Source: Prorocentrum cordatum (lineage: Eukaryota). Taken from it: a stretch of 57,425 bases of DNA. Location of the stretch: assembly GCA_963575745.1 (NCBI GenBank), contig CAUYUJ010000027.1, positions 62,001-119,425 on the forward strand, in the 5' to 3' direction. The translations under genes were made by a program, and so were the position numbers. The notes beneath the pieces are model-generated. The model searched no databases and was not told the origin of the DNA. It saw nothing but the letters and a program-made list of their open reading frames with translations. Below, one piece after another: positions 33,590 to 47,098 of this stretch; the first letter of the stretch is position 1; the number at the start of each line of letters is the position of its first letter.

Positions 33590-35780
33590 CCCCCCCCCTC
33601 CTCCTCCTCCTCCTCCTCCTCCTCCTCCTCCTCCTCCTCCTCCTCCTCCTCCTCCTCCTCCTGCCCCTCCTTCTCCTCCTCCCCCTCCCCCCCCCTCCTC
33701 CTCCTCCTCCTCCCCCTCCTCCTCCACCTCCTCCTCCTCCTCCTCCTCCTCCTGCCCCTCCTTCTCCTCCTCCCTCTCCCCCCCCCCCTCCTCCTCCTCC
33801 TCCCCCCTCCTCCTCCTCCTCCTCCTCCTCCTCCTCCTCCTCCGCCTCCTCTTCCTCCTCCTCTTCCTCTGATCGGCGCTGAGCCCCCTTCTCCTCCTCT
33901 CCTCCTTCCTCCTCCTCCTCCTCCTCCCTCCTCCTCCTCCTCCTCCTCCTCCTCCTCCCCCTCCTCCCCCTCCTCCTCCTCCTCCTCCTCCTCCTCCACC
34001 TCCTCCATCTCCTCTCCTCCACCTCCTCCTCCTTTTCCTTTTTTGACGCTGATCGGACTTCATGTACGGGGCACGCAGCGTGCTGAAATGGTACAAGAAA
34101 AGGAGCTGACCTAGGCAAAAGACGAGCAGCAACGGCCGCGGACGGGTGCAGGAAGAAATCAGGCTAGGAGAGGGGCGAACAATAGTAGCCCACGAGGGCG
34201 AGAGGAACCCAGTGCGCTGCACGAGGAGGCGAGGATACCAGCACAAGCTAACACACCTTGATCCACGATGTATAGGGGAGGTACTGATGAGGGAGACTAG
34301 CTACAGCTGCAGGTTGTCTGACAGGAGAGATTCCTGCCACCTCCCGCGAGCCAAAGGAGTACATTGACACCCTGAAGTAGGACTAAGGCATGCATAGCTA
34401 ACAGGTGGCACACGACACATAAACAAGTATGGGATGTACAACGCGTGAGGCTGGCACTCGTTAGACTGGCCTGAACTGGAGGAGCTAGCTGCACGTAAAC
34501 CAGAGTTGCTGGCATGTGAAGGCTGTCAAGAAGTGACCGCTCTGCGGCCTGTTGTGAGCCGTCGTCTGCCCCCCGCCACCACCCAGCCTACTCCTCCACC
34601 ATGATAGACCCGCCCTGCAACACCCAGCCCATTCCCTTCTCGAGTGCGGCTGGAGGGTCGGTGCTGCCTGACCCCTATAAGACTGATGGGACGAGGATCG
34701 TCCTCACTCGAATGCCGCTGAATGGGTCGACTCTGCCTGACCTTAGTAACGGTTTGGGCTGATGCCAGAGCGGGTGAGCACAGCAAGGTAGATAGGACTA
34801 GCATGGTGGATGCCTAATATACTAAGTAGAAGCGCGTGAGGCTGGCGCTGTACAAGGCTGGCCTGCACGCACCCTAGTTATGGGGTATGCGGAGGTCGAG
34901 GCTAAGACTGTGCAATGAAACTTGGCAATGTCATGCGGCAGCTACTGACCTGCTGAAAGGGTGCTGCATACTGGGCGGCGGCCAGCTGAAGCAAGCGCGA
35001 GTCACGGGAGGTGAGTATTGTAAAGAGATGAGTTTGGCTGCGGTGAAATGTTTCGGCCTGTCCTCTTCTTCCTCCTCTTCTTCCTCCTCTTCCTCCTGCT
35101 CCTTTTCTTCCTCCTCCTCCTCCTCCTACTTCCCTCCTCCCCCTCCTCCTCCTCCTCCTCCTCTTTTCCTCCTCCTCCTCCTCGTCCCTCCTCCTCCTCC
35201 TCCTCCTCCTCTTCCTCCTTCTCCTCCCCCTCTACCTCCTCCTCTTCCTCCTCCTCTTCCTCCTCCTCTCCTCCTCCTCCTCCCCTCCTCCTCCTCCTCC
35301 CTTCCTCCTCCTCCTCCTCCTGCTCCTCCTCCTCCTCCCCCTCCTCCTCCTCCTCCTCCTCGTCCTCCTCCTTCTCCTCCCCCTCATTTCTTCTCCTCCC
35401 CCCCTCCTCCTGCTCCTTCTCCCCTTCCCCCCCTCCTCTTCCTCCTCCTCCTCCTCGTCCTTCTCCTCGTCCTTCTCCTCCTCCTGCCACTCCTCCTCCA
35501 CCTCCTCCCTCCTCCTCTCCTCCTCCTCCTCTCCTCCTCCTCCTCCTCCTCGCCCCTCCCCTCCTCCTTCTCCCTCCTCCTCCTCCTCCTCCTCCTCCTC
35601 TCCCCTCCCCCTCCAGGTCCTCCTGCTCCTCCCCCCTCTCTTCCTCCCTCTCCTCCCTCCTCCTCCTCCTCCTCCTCCTTCTCTTCCTCCTCCTCCTCCT
35701 CCTCCTCCTCCTCCTCCTTCTCCTCCTCCCCCTCCTGTTCCTGCTCCTTCTCCTCTTCGTTCTCCTCCTTCTTCTCCCTG
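33590..35780. repeat. Long degenerate (CCT)n tracts (33590-34040 and 35060-35780) around about 1 kb of unassigned sequence
   Basis: Seen directly. Confidence 0.9.
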
Positions 35781-36680
35781 CAGTTCCGAGTGCACAAGGT
35801 CAAGGCCCACCAGAACGTTGAAGGGGCTGAAGCTAGTTGGGACCGTTAATTGCGCGACGATAACGACGCTGTCGATCCGCCGACGAAGGAGGCCGTGCTC
35901 ATTCACCCTCCGCCCGACAGCACGGAAGCTGATGTATTCGACCGGTCTTTGGCCGTGATGAGTGCCGTGGGGCTGCTCGCTGCCAAGCTGATGCCGTTGT
36001 GGCCGCGCCTCGATCCAGGTCCGAATGTGCAGCGGAACCCAATACCAGCTCCGTCGAGCAAAAGGCAGGGTCCGACGCATGCTTGGAGCTGGACGGGTCG
36101 GTTCTGGCAGTGCTCGCGATGTTTTCGTGGATCTCGCTCGACCGACACGCCGCCCGCAAGCTCGTGCCGCGGAGGTGCAGGCGTCCGGGTCCGAGGCATG
36201 GCTGCTCCTGTTTTCTTGGCGCTGGGGCACAACATGCTGTTTCCCGACGCCTGCGATACCAGTTTGGTTTTCGTCTGCCTGCGGTGTACATATTACACTG
36301 GCGGCGGCCAAGCCCGATGGCTCCGTCAGACTTGCCAGCCGCTGCCGAAGCAAGGAGCTCGGTGGCGGAAGCACGGGTGGCGGAAGCACGGGTGCCCAAG
36401 CGTGACGGAGTCACGGTGTCTGTTGTCCCCTGGGCCAGTATGGAGGAGGAGGATGAGGAGGTCCGCGCTCCCTCGGTTGAGCCTCGCCCTCCCTCGGCCT
36501 CGGAGGTGGAGGAAGCGCGCGAGAGGCGTAGGGCGGCCTTGGCCCAACGCCTCCTGGCGGCAGCCAGCTCTAGCCAGCCCAATCAGAGGTCGGCTTGATC
36601 ATTTTATTTGTTTTGCCCTGGGGGCTTCGCCCTATTCCGAGGTAGCCAGTGGGCTGCTTGTAGCGCTGCTGCAAACAAAA
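35780..36680 (+). mobile_element. 3' fragment of a LINE (RNase H C-terminus, Cys-rich tail, 3' UTR)
   Basis: VHKVKAHQ...DNDAVDPPTKEA (RNase H H/D motifs, with a stop between them), WQCSRC and FVCLRC motifs, ends in AAACAAAA. Confidence 0.65.
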
Positions 36681-36809
36681 TCCTCCTCCTCCTCCTCCTC
36701 CGCTTCCTGTCCCTTTTCCTCCTCCTCCTCCTCGTCCTCCTTCTCTTCTTCCTCCTCCTCCTCCTCCTCCTCCCCCTCCCCCTCCCCCTCCCCCTCCCCC
36801 TCCTCGTCA

Positions 36810-39800
36810 GGAGCTCGGGCAAAGGGCTCGGGCAAAGGGGACAAGCAGCAGATGGTCGACGCTTTGAGGGGCATAACCGAGTCGCTCTCCACCATTGGCA
36901 TCGCCGCTGGACCCACACAGCAGCTCAAGGCAGCTGCAGATGGTCTAGCCCCACCAGCTGAAGAGCCCGCACAGAATCGCGCTGGGCAGCTCCGCAACGC
37001 AGCTCCCAGGTTCGAAAGTGCCAGTTCAAAGTACGAGAACGCCTGCGAGGAAATGACGGCCACACGGAAGCAACTAGCCGAGCATCGCGCCTACCTGATG
37101 GAGTGTGCCAACGCTGTCACTGAAACGGAGAGGCCGGTCGAGGAAATCACGGGTGTCAAGGCAAAGTCCAAGGTGCAGGAGAAGGACGACAACCCCCATC
37201 AGAAGAACCTGACTTGAACCTTGACGACGAAGACAGCCTGGGCATCGCTGATGACCTGGAGGACGACGACCCCGACCAGGACGCCAAGGACGAGGTCGCA
37301 GAGGTCAAGAGGCGTCTCTTGAAGGTACACGACAGGTCTTCGGCTCAACCTCCAACAAGCTCGCGAGCAAGCCAAGCATAATCGTGAAGCCGTCAAGCAG
37401 GCTGCCAAGAAACGGAATGCAGAAGGAGGTGAGGCGAAGCATGTACTTGCTACTGAAGAACCAACGCCTCCAACACCTCAGCCTCGCGCGCCATCCACGC
37501 TTCGTTCAACGGAATCCAATAGCAGCAACGCTAAGCACGAGCTCTTGGCGAATGTGCGCGTGAAGGCCAAGAAGGAAGAGGAATGCCAAGAGCATGATGG
37601 CGAGGCGGTAGCTTCGCCAGGCAAACAAGAACAGGGACTACCGAGCTCTCATCGCCACGCCGGCCACAGAGGCGATGTTGAGCTCAGAATATTCGTCGGC
37701 AGCTGCACGGAGGTGGGTGCCAGGGCGAAGGAGTTTCTGGCCAGTGCCAGGGAGCGCAAGCCGATCGACGCCTTCGCCATCCAAGAGACCCATCTCATAA
37801 TTCTTGAGCTGATGGACGCCGAGCGCGACGTCCACAACATGGACTACATGTCTGCCTTCTTCCCAGCGCGGCAACCTACTGAGAGCCAGCAGGGTTTCAA
37901 TGGCGGGGCCTGTGCTGGCATACTATCATACTACTGGTGCGAGTGCTACCGCGAGAAAGCTGCCGAGGGTTCGACCTCAGCGACCACGGCTGGTCTCGTG
38001 GCCCTCCCCGCTGGCGGCCCTGGGCGCGACTGCTTCGACTGGGTCCTGGTGTGCTGGCACCTCCGCGGCAACAGCGTCACCGTTGTCGGCGTCTACCTGG
38101 CCCCTGCTGGCAGCCTCCAAGGAGTCAGTGCCAGAAAGCTTGCGACGTTGGCCTCATTCTTGGCCAGCTACCAATGTCCGTGGATCGTCATGGGCGACTG
38201 GAATGCGACTCCCCAGAGACAATGGGCTTCAGGAGGGCCACGAGCCATGGGGGACCCATCGCCACACTCCCAGACGGCTACGCATGTTTCACGCACAACA
38301 GCAAGAAGGGCACAACCTCTGCCACGCTCATCGACTATGCTGTGATCAGCCGCGATGCCCGGACATATTTTCTTGGCACAAGCGTGGTCGCGACGCCGTG
38401 GAGGACGCGGGCGGGGCAGATCTTGCGAGTCAGAGGTGAGGCCAAGCCGATCAAGATCAGACGGCTCCAACTACCAAAGCATTTTACGCATGCACCGGCA
38501 CCGTGCAAGCCGCCCAACCCTGGCAGCAAGAGGCACCAGCAGAAAGCAGCATGCGCGCCAGCGCCAGGTGGCGACCACCAAGGACATGACGAGCGCCAGC
38601 GACGTCAACATTGACGAGGAGATCAGCCGCTGCTGGGAACATCCTGGGCATTCCCGGCAACCAGTGCACAGAGCTGTTGGGCACCGCGCGAACTCCACCG
38701 AGCACGACCTCATGGAGGACCTCGAGAGCGAGAGCGGCCGCGTATCCGATGACGAGCCGCGCGAGGAGCCCTCGCCGAGGCGGGTCCCGAGGCGCCATCG
38801 AGCGCGCCTGGGACAGTGGGCGGGGCGCTGAGGAACGCTTTCTCAGGGGCCCTCCCTCCAGGTGCGCGCGCCGAGCAGATCGACGCCCGCGCAGTGGGCG
38901 ACCTCTGGGGGGTCTCGTCGATGATCGCGAAGCCGCGACCGGAACGCGAGCGCCCGCCAGAATACGTGCGGCGTGGTGCTGCTCGTGCCTCAGGCCCAGA
39001 GGCGGCCGCTGCTCTGGGGCAGGAATGCGGTCAGTTCACGGGTACTCTGGAAAAGTTCTATTGCGCGGCCTGCGACGTCCAGCCCCAGGATCGCCGGCAG
39101 TTTACTGGGCGCGGCGCGCCTTGCATAATTGGCACTAAATGCGTTAGACCACGGACGAGACGTACACGCAACAGCTGCACACCAACAGACATGTGGTGAA
39201 GGCTGGCGACTATCTTCAGCGCGTGCCACGCAAGTCGAAGACGTGGGCGCGGAGACCGACAGCAACGACAGCTCGCATCTGAAGCGCTGCAGTTCGTCTG
39301 CGAGGGCATGCCCGCAGCAGGAGCTCGATTGTCACCGGATGCAGCGCGTCGCCGTGACCTTTGGGGGTCTAGGCCTAAGACGCTGGACGCGCCCGACATC
39401 GGGACGATCGAGGGTATGTTGAACCAAGCCGAGCAGGAGGTCGCCAAGGTCAGCACTTTCGACATGAAGATGAGGTCACACTCGTTCGTGCGCTGGCTGT
39501 CGGACACCTCCAAGGCCACTGTCTGCGAGCTCTGCAGAATCACCGAACCACAGTCGCGGCGTTAGGACAAATTCTTACGCGTCAGAGGCAGGGCGTGCTG
39601 CCCCAATCATTGGCGCCAAGACGGAGGAATTTACAGCCTTCTGGACACGCCCGTCCATCACCCACAGCGACTTCCAGACCCTCATCCAGGACATCCGGGA
39701 GTGCGCTAGGACGGCGCCAACCGCGACCTGTAGGCTACTCCTTCATGTGCACGCCCGACAAGGGCAGTGGCGCATGCGAGGTTTCCAGCTCCGACCTACG

Positions 39801-42660
39801 ACGCCTGCCAACGGCAGGGCGCCAGCAGTTGGTCAACCCGTTCAGCATTTGCGAGTGGGGGCTCGCATGGCCTCGGCAACCTCGCAGCGCCATCATCGTG
39901 CTCCAGCCAGAGACGGAAGGATATGGATCGCTTGGCCTGCTACCGCAGATGTGTCGGGCCTGTGGGAAGCTCACTCGACCGGCGGTTGACGAATGGATGC
40001 GAGTCGCAGGACGGCGCCAGGACGCAGCTCTCGCAGGCAGCAGCTGCCTGCGCGAGGCCCCATGCACGCGTCGTGGGCGACGAGATCTGCGACGCGCTGA
40101 AGCTGGCCAACGCCGCGACACTTGCTGGCATGCGAAGGTTCCATGACGCGGTCGACCTCCTGGAGGTCGTCTACGCCTCCGGGCGCATGGCCCCCCCCCC
40201 CCCCCCTTGTACTCGCCATGGCCAGTCAGCTCCACGCGTTTGTCAGATTCGTGTGGGGCTGACTCGCCATGGCGAGTCAGCCCCGCGCGTTGTCTGCCGC
40301 GTTCGGCAGGCAGATGCTATGATCGCCCTCGCTAGTGGCAGGATCAAGACATGCCAACAACCTGGACAGGGCAGTTATGTATAAAATCCTCCATCGCATG
40401 CGCTACATGGGGATCAGCCGCGATCCCCAGCGCCTGGTTCGATGGCGTGGAGCTCAGCGTCACAGGGAGCCAGAAGCATGCCAAAGCAACCATCATTTCC
40501 GCCAACATAGCCTACTCCAGGTGCCCCAGCGAGCAGGGCCTCGAGATGGCGGACAAGAGCGTGGTCGGCACATCGAGTGGCGACGTGACTAACGACATCT
40601 GTATGCACGTCAGGGAAATGGGAGTGCCAGTTGAGCATGCAGCAGTTGGCCGAGACCTGGGCCATGACCGCGTCGGGGAGACTCCAGCAAGATAGCCCGC
40701 ACACAGCAAGCGAAGACAGCAAGCTATTAAGATACTTGCTAACAGCAGACTCGCTCTAAGATGGATGCGCTCTCAGCGCAAACGGGCGTTGGTCACTCAG
40801 GGGCCAAAGCCATCGGACCTATGGGTGCAAGTTTTATGGAGAGGTGCCCACAACAGTCACTATCACCAGAAGGAGACGCGTCAAATCCTCGGGTAAGCAC
40901 TGGGTCGGGAGAGGCCTGCGCGCATGTCTATCCCTGTCGGAAGCTGACCCAGCTGTCACCATCCTGCGCGGAGTGCCCAACGCACGGTTCGACGTCTGGG
41001 CTTTTCGAGAAAGCCTGCGCACTTGGGCCCATCTGGCCTGGCCCAGTATCCAAAACAGACTTGCTGACGTGCCCGCGCAGTATCGATGGGGGCAGCGCAG
41101 GGGTCAGATTGGCATTCTTTTTCTTTCATTCTGGAATTTTGGCCGGGGCCCGATCTCGCCCGCAGAGTGGATCGACCACCCAGGCAACGCCGGGCAGATT
41201 GGCGAAGGCGACGACGAGTGCGAGGGCGACCCATCCGACGTCATCCATGCTATCCTGGAAGCACAGCAGCTCCAGCAATGGGCCAAGGCCTCTGACCATT
41301 GGCTGGGCAAAGGCTCCGAGTACGGCGTCGACGCCGTCGACCTTCTCAAGAAGCTGGAGGTGCTGCGTGAGCGAGGGAAGCACCATGGGGCAGGTGCACT
41401 ACCTGCGGTGGCAAGCGTTGGCATGTGGACGTCTGGCTGGAAGCATAAGACATTCGCATCTGCATCCAACGCTTGCGCCTGCGGCTGGATCTGCGGGACC
41501 TTCGCAGAGTATGGGGTACATGTTCGTGCAAGGACTATCGCGAGGACTACTACAAGATGGAGTGCATCAGACAACGAGCCATATAATGAAGCCAACGCAC
41601 ACGCACCCTGCTCTTGGCTACGTGGGCTCGCGCCCAAGGCAGCGGCGGTGCCGTCAGAATGCGACGCGTCAGAGCAGCGCGCCAAGATCGGCGACTTCGG
41701 CAATGACCGCAAGGTAACGACTGCGGACGGTATCACTTCTGATATGCACCGACGGCAGCGGGGGGGAGCAATCCCATGACCCTCGATGCTGCAGCGACAA
41801 GGAGAATAATCGCAGCTGGGTGCTGGGCAGTGCAGACCACTCCCAGGACGACGGCAGACCCGCGACAGGGCGGAGCTTTGGGCAATTCTACAGGCCATAC
41901 GATGCTCATATGGACGGCTCCACATCTGGGCGGACTCAGAGGTGGCCATTCGAGGATGGCAGCGTGGTGGCCATATACAGAGTGCGCGGCGTCGCGCGAA
42001 CTACGACATCTGGAACCTCATCGGCAGGGCTCTTACATCAGAGCGCCCCCGACCACGGAGACCCCGAGGAGCTCGTGAAGTTGCAGCACGTAACAGGCCA
42101 CCTCGACAAGGAGCACAGGCTGAGGCTCGGAGTGAGCCTCGAGGCGCTATCGCAGCCCCGTAGCTCAAGATGTATGAATGGGTTCGCGCAAGCTGCTCGT
42201 TGGTGTGGAAATATTCATTCGTGCTCGTATCGGGGCTCACGCCAAGGACCCCGCCGCCCAGATGGGCGAGAAGCAGGCCTCCCAGGAGCTCAAGAAGAAA
42301 GCCACCAGTGAGCTGAGCCAGACCCTTTCTGCCTCGCCTCACGTCCTCCTCCTTTCCCGTAGTCGTTGGCAGTGTGCCGCGTGTAAAGAAGCAGTTAGTA
42401 AGCGTGCAGGAGCATTGGTCATCAAGAGATGTCTAAGTCATCGCAGAAGTTGTCCTGCGTCTAAGTGTACCCGAGGTCCCACGCAAGACATCCAAACATG
42501 CTATCGATCTGTCCACCTTCCCACGCGATGCAATGTGCATCTGTTTGTTCGATTTGGTGGTTCACCACCTGTGGCTGTCGGTCCAAAACAACAGATCGTG
42601 GGAGTGTTAAGGGGTTTGTGATTAGAGTGTAAGAGCCCGACCAAGAACGGGGTGTATGTA
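36810..42660 (+). mobile_element. Degenerate LINE B (ORF1 coiled coil, EEP endonuclease, decayed RT and RNase H)
   Basis: Endonuclease motifs FAIQETHL, VGVYLAP, WIVMGDWNATP and LIDYAVIS (37690-38350) are clear. RT-like remnant YGSLGLLPQMCR (about 39920) and RNase H-like MDGS and LQHVTGH (41900-42100) are weaker. Many frameshifts and stops. Confidence 0.75.
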
Positions 42661-43062
42661 ATCAGCTGCTTGTCCAAAGGCAAGCCAGTGCCACACTAGG
42701 GGCCGCCTCGTTCCCGAGCCCCGAGACGGCGCAGCCAATAGTCGTTACTCGACATCGTCGTCGCCGAAACTCCTTTGGACCTCGTCGTCCTCCTCCTCCT
42801 CCTCGTCCTCCTCCTCCGCCTCCTCCTCCTCTTCCTCTCCCCCCCCGCCTCCTCCTCCTCCTCCTCCTCCTTTTCCTCCTCCTCTTCTTCCACCTCCTCC
42901 TCCTCCTCGTCCTCCTCCTCCTCCTCCTCCTCCTCCATCCCCCCCCCCTCCGTGCCGCGCGGCGCCACCAGCGGGGCCCCAGTGCCAGTCCCAGGAAATC
43001 CGCGCGGAGCTCCGAGAGTGTATGTGTGTGTGCTTCTGCCTGCTGCTCCGCGAGCCTCGCAG

Positions 43063-43206
43063 CGCGGCGACGAGTGCGAGCACGACGCGGCGGGCGGCGG
43101 GCGCCCCTGGGCCGCGGCCTGCGAGCGCCACGAGGCGGCCATCGCGGAGCTGCAGCGTGCCGTGGGCCGCCTGCAGAGCGCGCCCGCCCTGGAGCCCGGC
43201 GGGCAG
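43063..43206 (+). CDS. Exon of host coiled-coil gene (boundaries uncertain)
   Basis: RGDECEHDAAGGGRPWAAACERHEAAIAELQRAVGRLQSAPALEPGGQ. ERHEAAIAEL parallels ARHEAATAAL in the 13449 exon. The donor after 43206 would be a non-canonical GG. Confidence 0.6.
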
Positions 43207-43548
43207 GGGAGGAAGAGGGCACCCCTCGAGTAGGGGATCGGTTGCAGAACTGATTTACCCCCGAGAGTGATTTGTCAGTCGAGCCTACGATCAGTGCGAG
43301 GATTGTTGCGTAGATCTACGAGCTCTCTACCTGTGCCTTCTTCGTAGATTCGGCGAGGAAATCAAGTCGGAGGTACATCAATCCCCCATTCGAGTACCGA
43401 TGCCGCTGCTTGGAGCCGGCTGGGGGTCTAAGTTGACCCAGCTTTGAGATCCTGGTCGGCAGCTGGAACAGATACATTACCAGTGCCGAGCTGTCTTTCA
43501 CTCCCAGGACTTGTTGAGTGTCGGGGACGACGTCGGGGTGGTGGGGTC

Positions 43549-44335
43549 TATACCCCCAATCAGAGCTTGCCTCTGTAGGGGTCCCAGCGGAATCATATGG
43601 TTAGGTGAGGTGCGTCGCCGATTTCGGTTGCTGGCCCGGGTGCCCGGGGGTGCCCAGAGTTGCCCGGTGGTGCCCGGAGGTGCCAGGTGGTGCCCGGGTG
43701 CCTGGGTGCCCTGGTGCTCTATTGCCCGATAGCCCTATGGCCCTATAGCTATATAGCCCTATAAACCTAGAGCCCTACATCCCTACAGCCCTATAGCCCT
43801 GTAGCCCTGTAGTCCTATAACCCTATAGTCCTATAGCCCTACAGCCCTACAGCCCTATAGCCCTATAGCTCTATAGCCAAATAGCCCAATAGCCCAGTAG
43901 CCCACATAGCCATATAGCCATATAGCCCTATAGCCCTATAGCCCTATTAGCCCTATAGCCCTATAGCCCTACAGTCCTATAGCTCTATGGCCTTACAGCC
44001 CTATAGCCCTATAGCCCTATATCCCTATAGCCCTATGGCCCTGCAGCCGTACAGCCCTATAGCCCTATAGCCCTATAGCCCTATAGCCCCATAGCCCTAT
44101 AGCCCTATAGCCCTATAACCCTATAGCCCTATAGCCCTGTAGCCCTATAGCCCTATAGACCTATAGCCTTATAGCCCCAGCCCTATAGTCCTAGCCCTCG
44201 TGGCCTTCATAGCCCTCGCAGACATCATAAACCTAAGGAGCAATGACAAAGGGATCTCAAATAAGATCAAAAAAGACTCTGATTGTCTCCGGTGTTATAC
44301 TTCCGTTTTCTGGGGAAACAAGGAACACTGTATAC
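43549..44335 (+). repeat. (CCCTATAG)n 8-bp satellite (43730-44200) and GGTGCCCG repeats inside a possible HINE-like element
   Basis: The satellite is seen directly. It is flanked by CAATCAGAG (43557-43565) and CTCTGATTG (44277-44285), with a 5' hairpin. The element interpretation is tentative. Confidence 0.7.
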
Positions 44336-45507
44336 ACTAGGTCCCGTATCCACGAGGATCCGCTTTCCTGTGCAAATTTCAGTGCAGGGCCGGAAAAAGC
44401 GTCAGTGTCTAGAGTTCGGTTCCCTCCCTGGCGTCCCATTTTTTGGCGAGCCGGGCGTGTTGGCCCAGATTTGGACAAAAGAACTCTCCCAGATCGATCC
44501 AGCTTGACACATTACGCGGAAAGATTGGGTCTATGGTTCCAGCCGTGATTTTTCGCGATGTTTTTTTTTTTTTTGTTGTTGTTGTTTTTTTCGAGACGTC
44601 GTATCTCAGGGAGCACTGGTTCAGGCGAGCAGGAGGTCACCACCTACCAAACCACCCGAACCCAACCCGAAAGCCCCAATTCGCCTTCAGTCCCAGGGGG
44701 GGGGGGGCGTCGGGGAACATTGGAACACGCATGTGGAACCCGTACCCCTCCCAACCCGACCCGAGATTTGGGCATCTTCGGATTAGGTTAGGGTGGTCGG
44801 GCAGGCAGTCAGGACCCAGACCCCCGACATCATGATTTTTTCATAACGTCGACCCCCAGAGTTCTCGACCCGATTCCCCTGGACCAGTTTCTCATCCTGA
44901 GTCGTTTCTTGGCGGTCCCGAGGCCCGATGAGGGCCCCCGAGGGCCGAAAACAAGGAATTACGCTACCGAGGAACCCCACATACTGATTTTTAATCTTAT
45001 GTGTTTGCTTGTCATTATCATCTATGCGCAATGCTGCGTTCTAAACCCTCGTCGACAACCCCCTGCGCACCCCCTATGGTGTCGAGAAACCCACGAAGCA
45101 TGTGGGGAATAACATCCCGTCGTGATTTTGTTCATGACCCGATGGGGGTCTGGGGAGGGCGAGTGCAGGTTCGAGGCGCCGGGCCCGACGAGGCTTTTCT
45201 GCCCTTCTGCCGGCCTCTGTCGTGGCCGCTTCGGGGCCCCAGGACCGTCGAGAGGGCTTTGGGGTGCAGAGGTGCACCAGATTTGCCAGCCTGGAGCATG
45301 TCCCTATCCCTATGTTTGACATCACCTGGCCTCGATGCCGATCTTCAGGATTCCCTCGGTTTTTGAGGGCCTATCCCTAAGATTGTCCTCGCTTTTTGCT
45401 CGCCCATCTTAGGGACAGGGATACGTTCGAGGCTGGTTACAGATGGGACCCTGGGAGCAGTCTGGGGGCCGATCTCGACCCAGACCCCCTCGAGCCATGA
45501 AAAACAA

Positions 45508-46235
45508 TTATCCCAGTGCGACCCTACCTAGGAGTTGGAACCCCTAGGAAAGCAGCATTAGTAGTAACAGTAACGCTAAGCTAAAGCTAAGCTAAAGCTA
45601 AGCTAAAGCTAAGCTAAAGCTAAGCTAAAGCTAAGCTAAAGCTAAGCTAAAGCTAAGCCAGCTAAGCTAAAGCTAAGCTAAAGCTAAGCTAAAGCTAAGC
45701 TAAAGCTAAGCTAAAGCTAAGCTAAGCTAAGCGAAAGCTAAGCTAAAGCTAAGCTAAAGCTAAGCTAAAGCTAAGCTAAAGCTAAGCTAAGCTAAGCTAA
45801 GCTAAGCTAGCTAAGCTAAGCTAAGCTAAAGCTAAGCTAAAGCTGAACAACAGCTAAGCTAAAGCTAAGCTACAGCTAAGCTAAAGCTAAGCTAAACCTA
45901 AGCTAAAGCTAAGCTAAAGCTAAGCTAAAGCTAAGCTAAAGCTAAGCTAAAGCTAAGCTACAGCTAAGCTCAAGCTAAGCTAAAGCTAAGCTAAAGCTAA
46001 GCTAAAGCTAAGCTAAACGCTAAGCGAAAAGCTAAGCGAAACGCTAAGCGAAACGCTAAGCTAAAGCTAAGCTACAGCTAAGCTAAAGCTAAAGCTAAGC
46101 TAAAGCTAAAGCTCCCAGGGGACTGGGGGGAACCGCTCCCAGGGGACTGGGGGAACCGCCCGGGGCGCTTTGCACTGCCCGGCCCCTTTAAGCAAAGAGA
46201 GTAAGAACCCTTCTAGGCAGAGCCTAGGTAGGGAA
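45508..46235 (-). mobile_element. Non-autonomous Helentron/HINE-like element, copy 1, with internal (GCTAAAGCTAA)n satellite
   Basis: 11-bp subterminal inverted repeats CCCTACCTAGG (45522-45532) and CCTAGGTAGGG (46223-46233), hairpins at both ends, inserted in an A/T run with no TSD. An empty version of the site is visible at 52053-52086 (reverse strand). Confidence 0.65.
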
Positions 46236-46427
46236 TCACGACGCGGGGTTAGTCGATCCTTCGGCCCCTGGGGGGCCCCCGCCGGGGCCGTCCAAAAAAA
46301 CGGCTCGGGACGAGAAGCCGGTCCTCGGGGATGGGGTCGAGACCTCCTGGGGGTCGGGGTCACGACCAAATCATGGCGTCGGGGGTCTGGGGGCCGATCT
46401 CGACCCAGACCCCCTCGAGCCATAAAA

Positions 46428-47098
46428 TTATCCCAGTGCGACCCTACCTAGGAGTTGGAACCCCTAGGAAAGCAGCATTAGTAGTAACAGTAACGCTAAG
46501 CTAAAGCTAAGCTAAAGCTAAACTAAAGCTAAGCTAAAGCTAAGCTAAAGCTAAGCCACATCTAAGCTAAAGCTAAGCTAAAGCTAAGCTAAAGCTAAGC
46601 TTTAGCTAAGCTAAAGCTGAGCTAAAGCTAAGCTAAAGCTAAGCTAAAGCTGAGCAACAGCTAAGTTAAAGCTAAACTACAGCTAAGCTAAATATAAGCT
46701 AAAGCTAAGCTAAAGCTAAGCTACATCTAAGCTAAATCTAAGCTAAAGCTAAGCTACAGCTAAGCTAAAGCTAAGCTAAAGCTAAGCTAAAGCTAGGCTA
46801 CAGCTAAGCTCAAGCTGAGCTCAAGCTAAGCTAAATCTAAGCCAAAGCTAAGCTAAACGCTAAACGAAAAGCTAAGCGAAACGCTAAGCTAAAGCTAAGC
46901 TACAGCTAAGCTAAAGCTAAGCTAAAGCTAAGCTAAAGCTAAAGCTAAAGCTAAAGCTAAAGCTAAAGCTAAAGCTCCCAGGGGACTGGGGGGAACCGCT
47001 CCCAGGGGACTGGGGGAACCGCCCGGGGCGCTTAGCACTGCCCGGCCCCTTTAAGCTAAGAGAGTAAGAACCCTTCTAGGCAGAGCCTAGGTAGGGAA
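46428..47098 (-). mobile_element. Non-autonomous Helentron/HINE-like element, copy 2 (tandem, together with flanks)
   Basis: Same subTIRs at 46442-46452 and 47086-47096 and the same 11-bp satellite. The left ends of the two copies are 920 bp apart. Confidence 0.65.

Noticed and set aside
40844..41779. 311-aa ORF and overlapping antisense ORFs as independent genes
   Set aside because: They lie between the RT-like and RNase H-like remnants of LINE B and are best read as part of its decayed ORF2.
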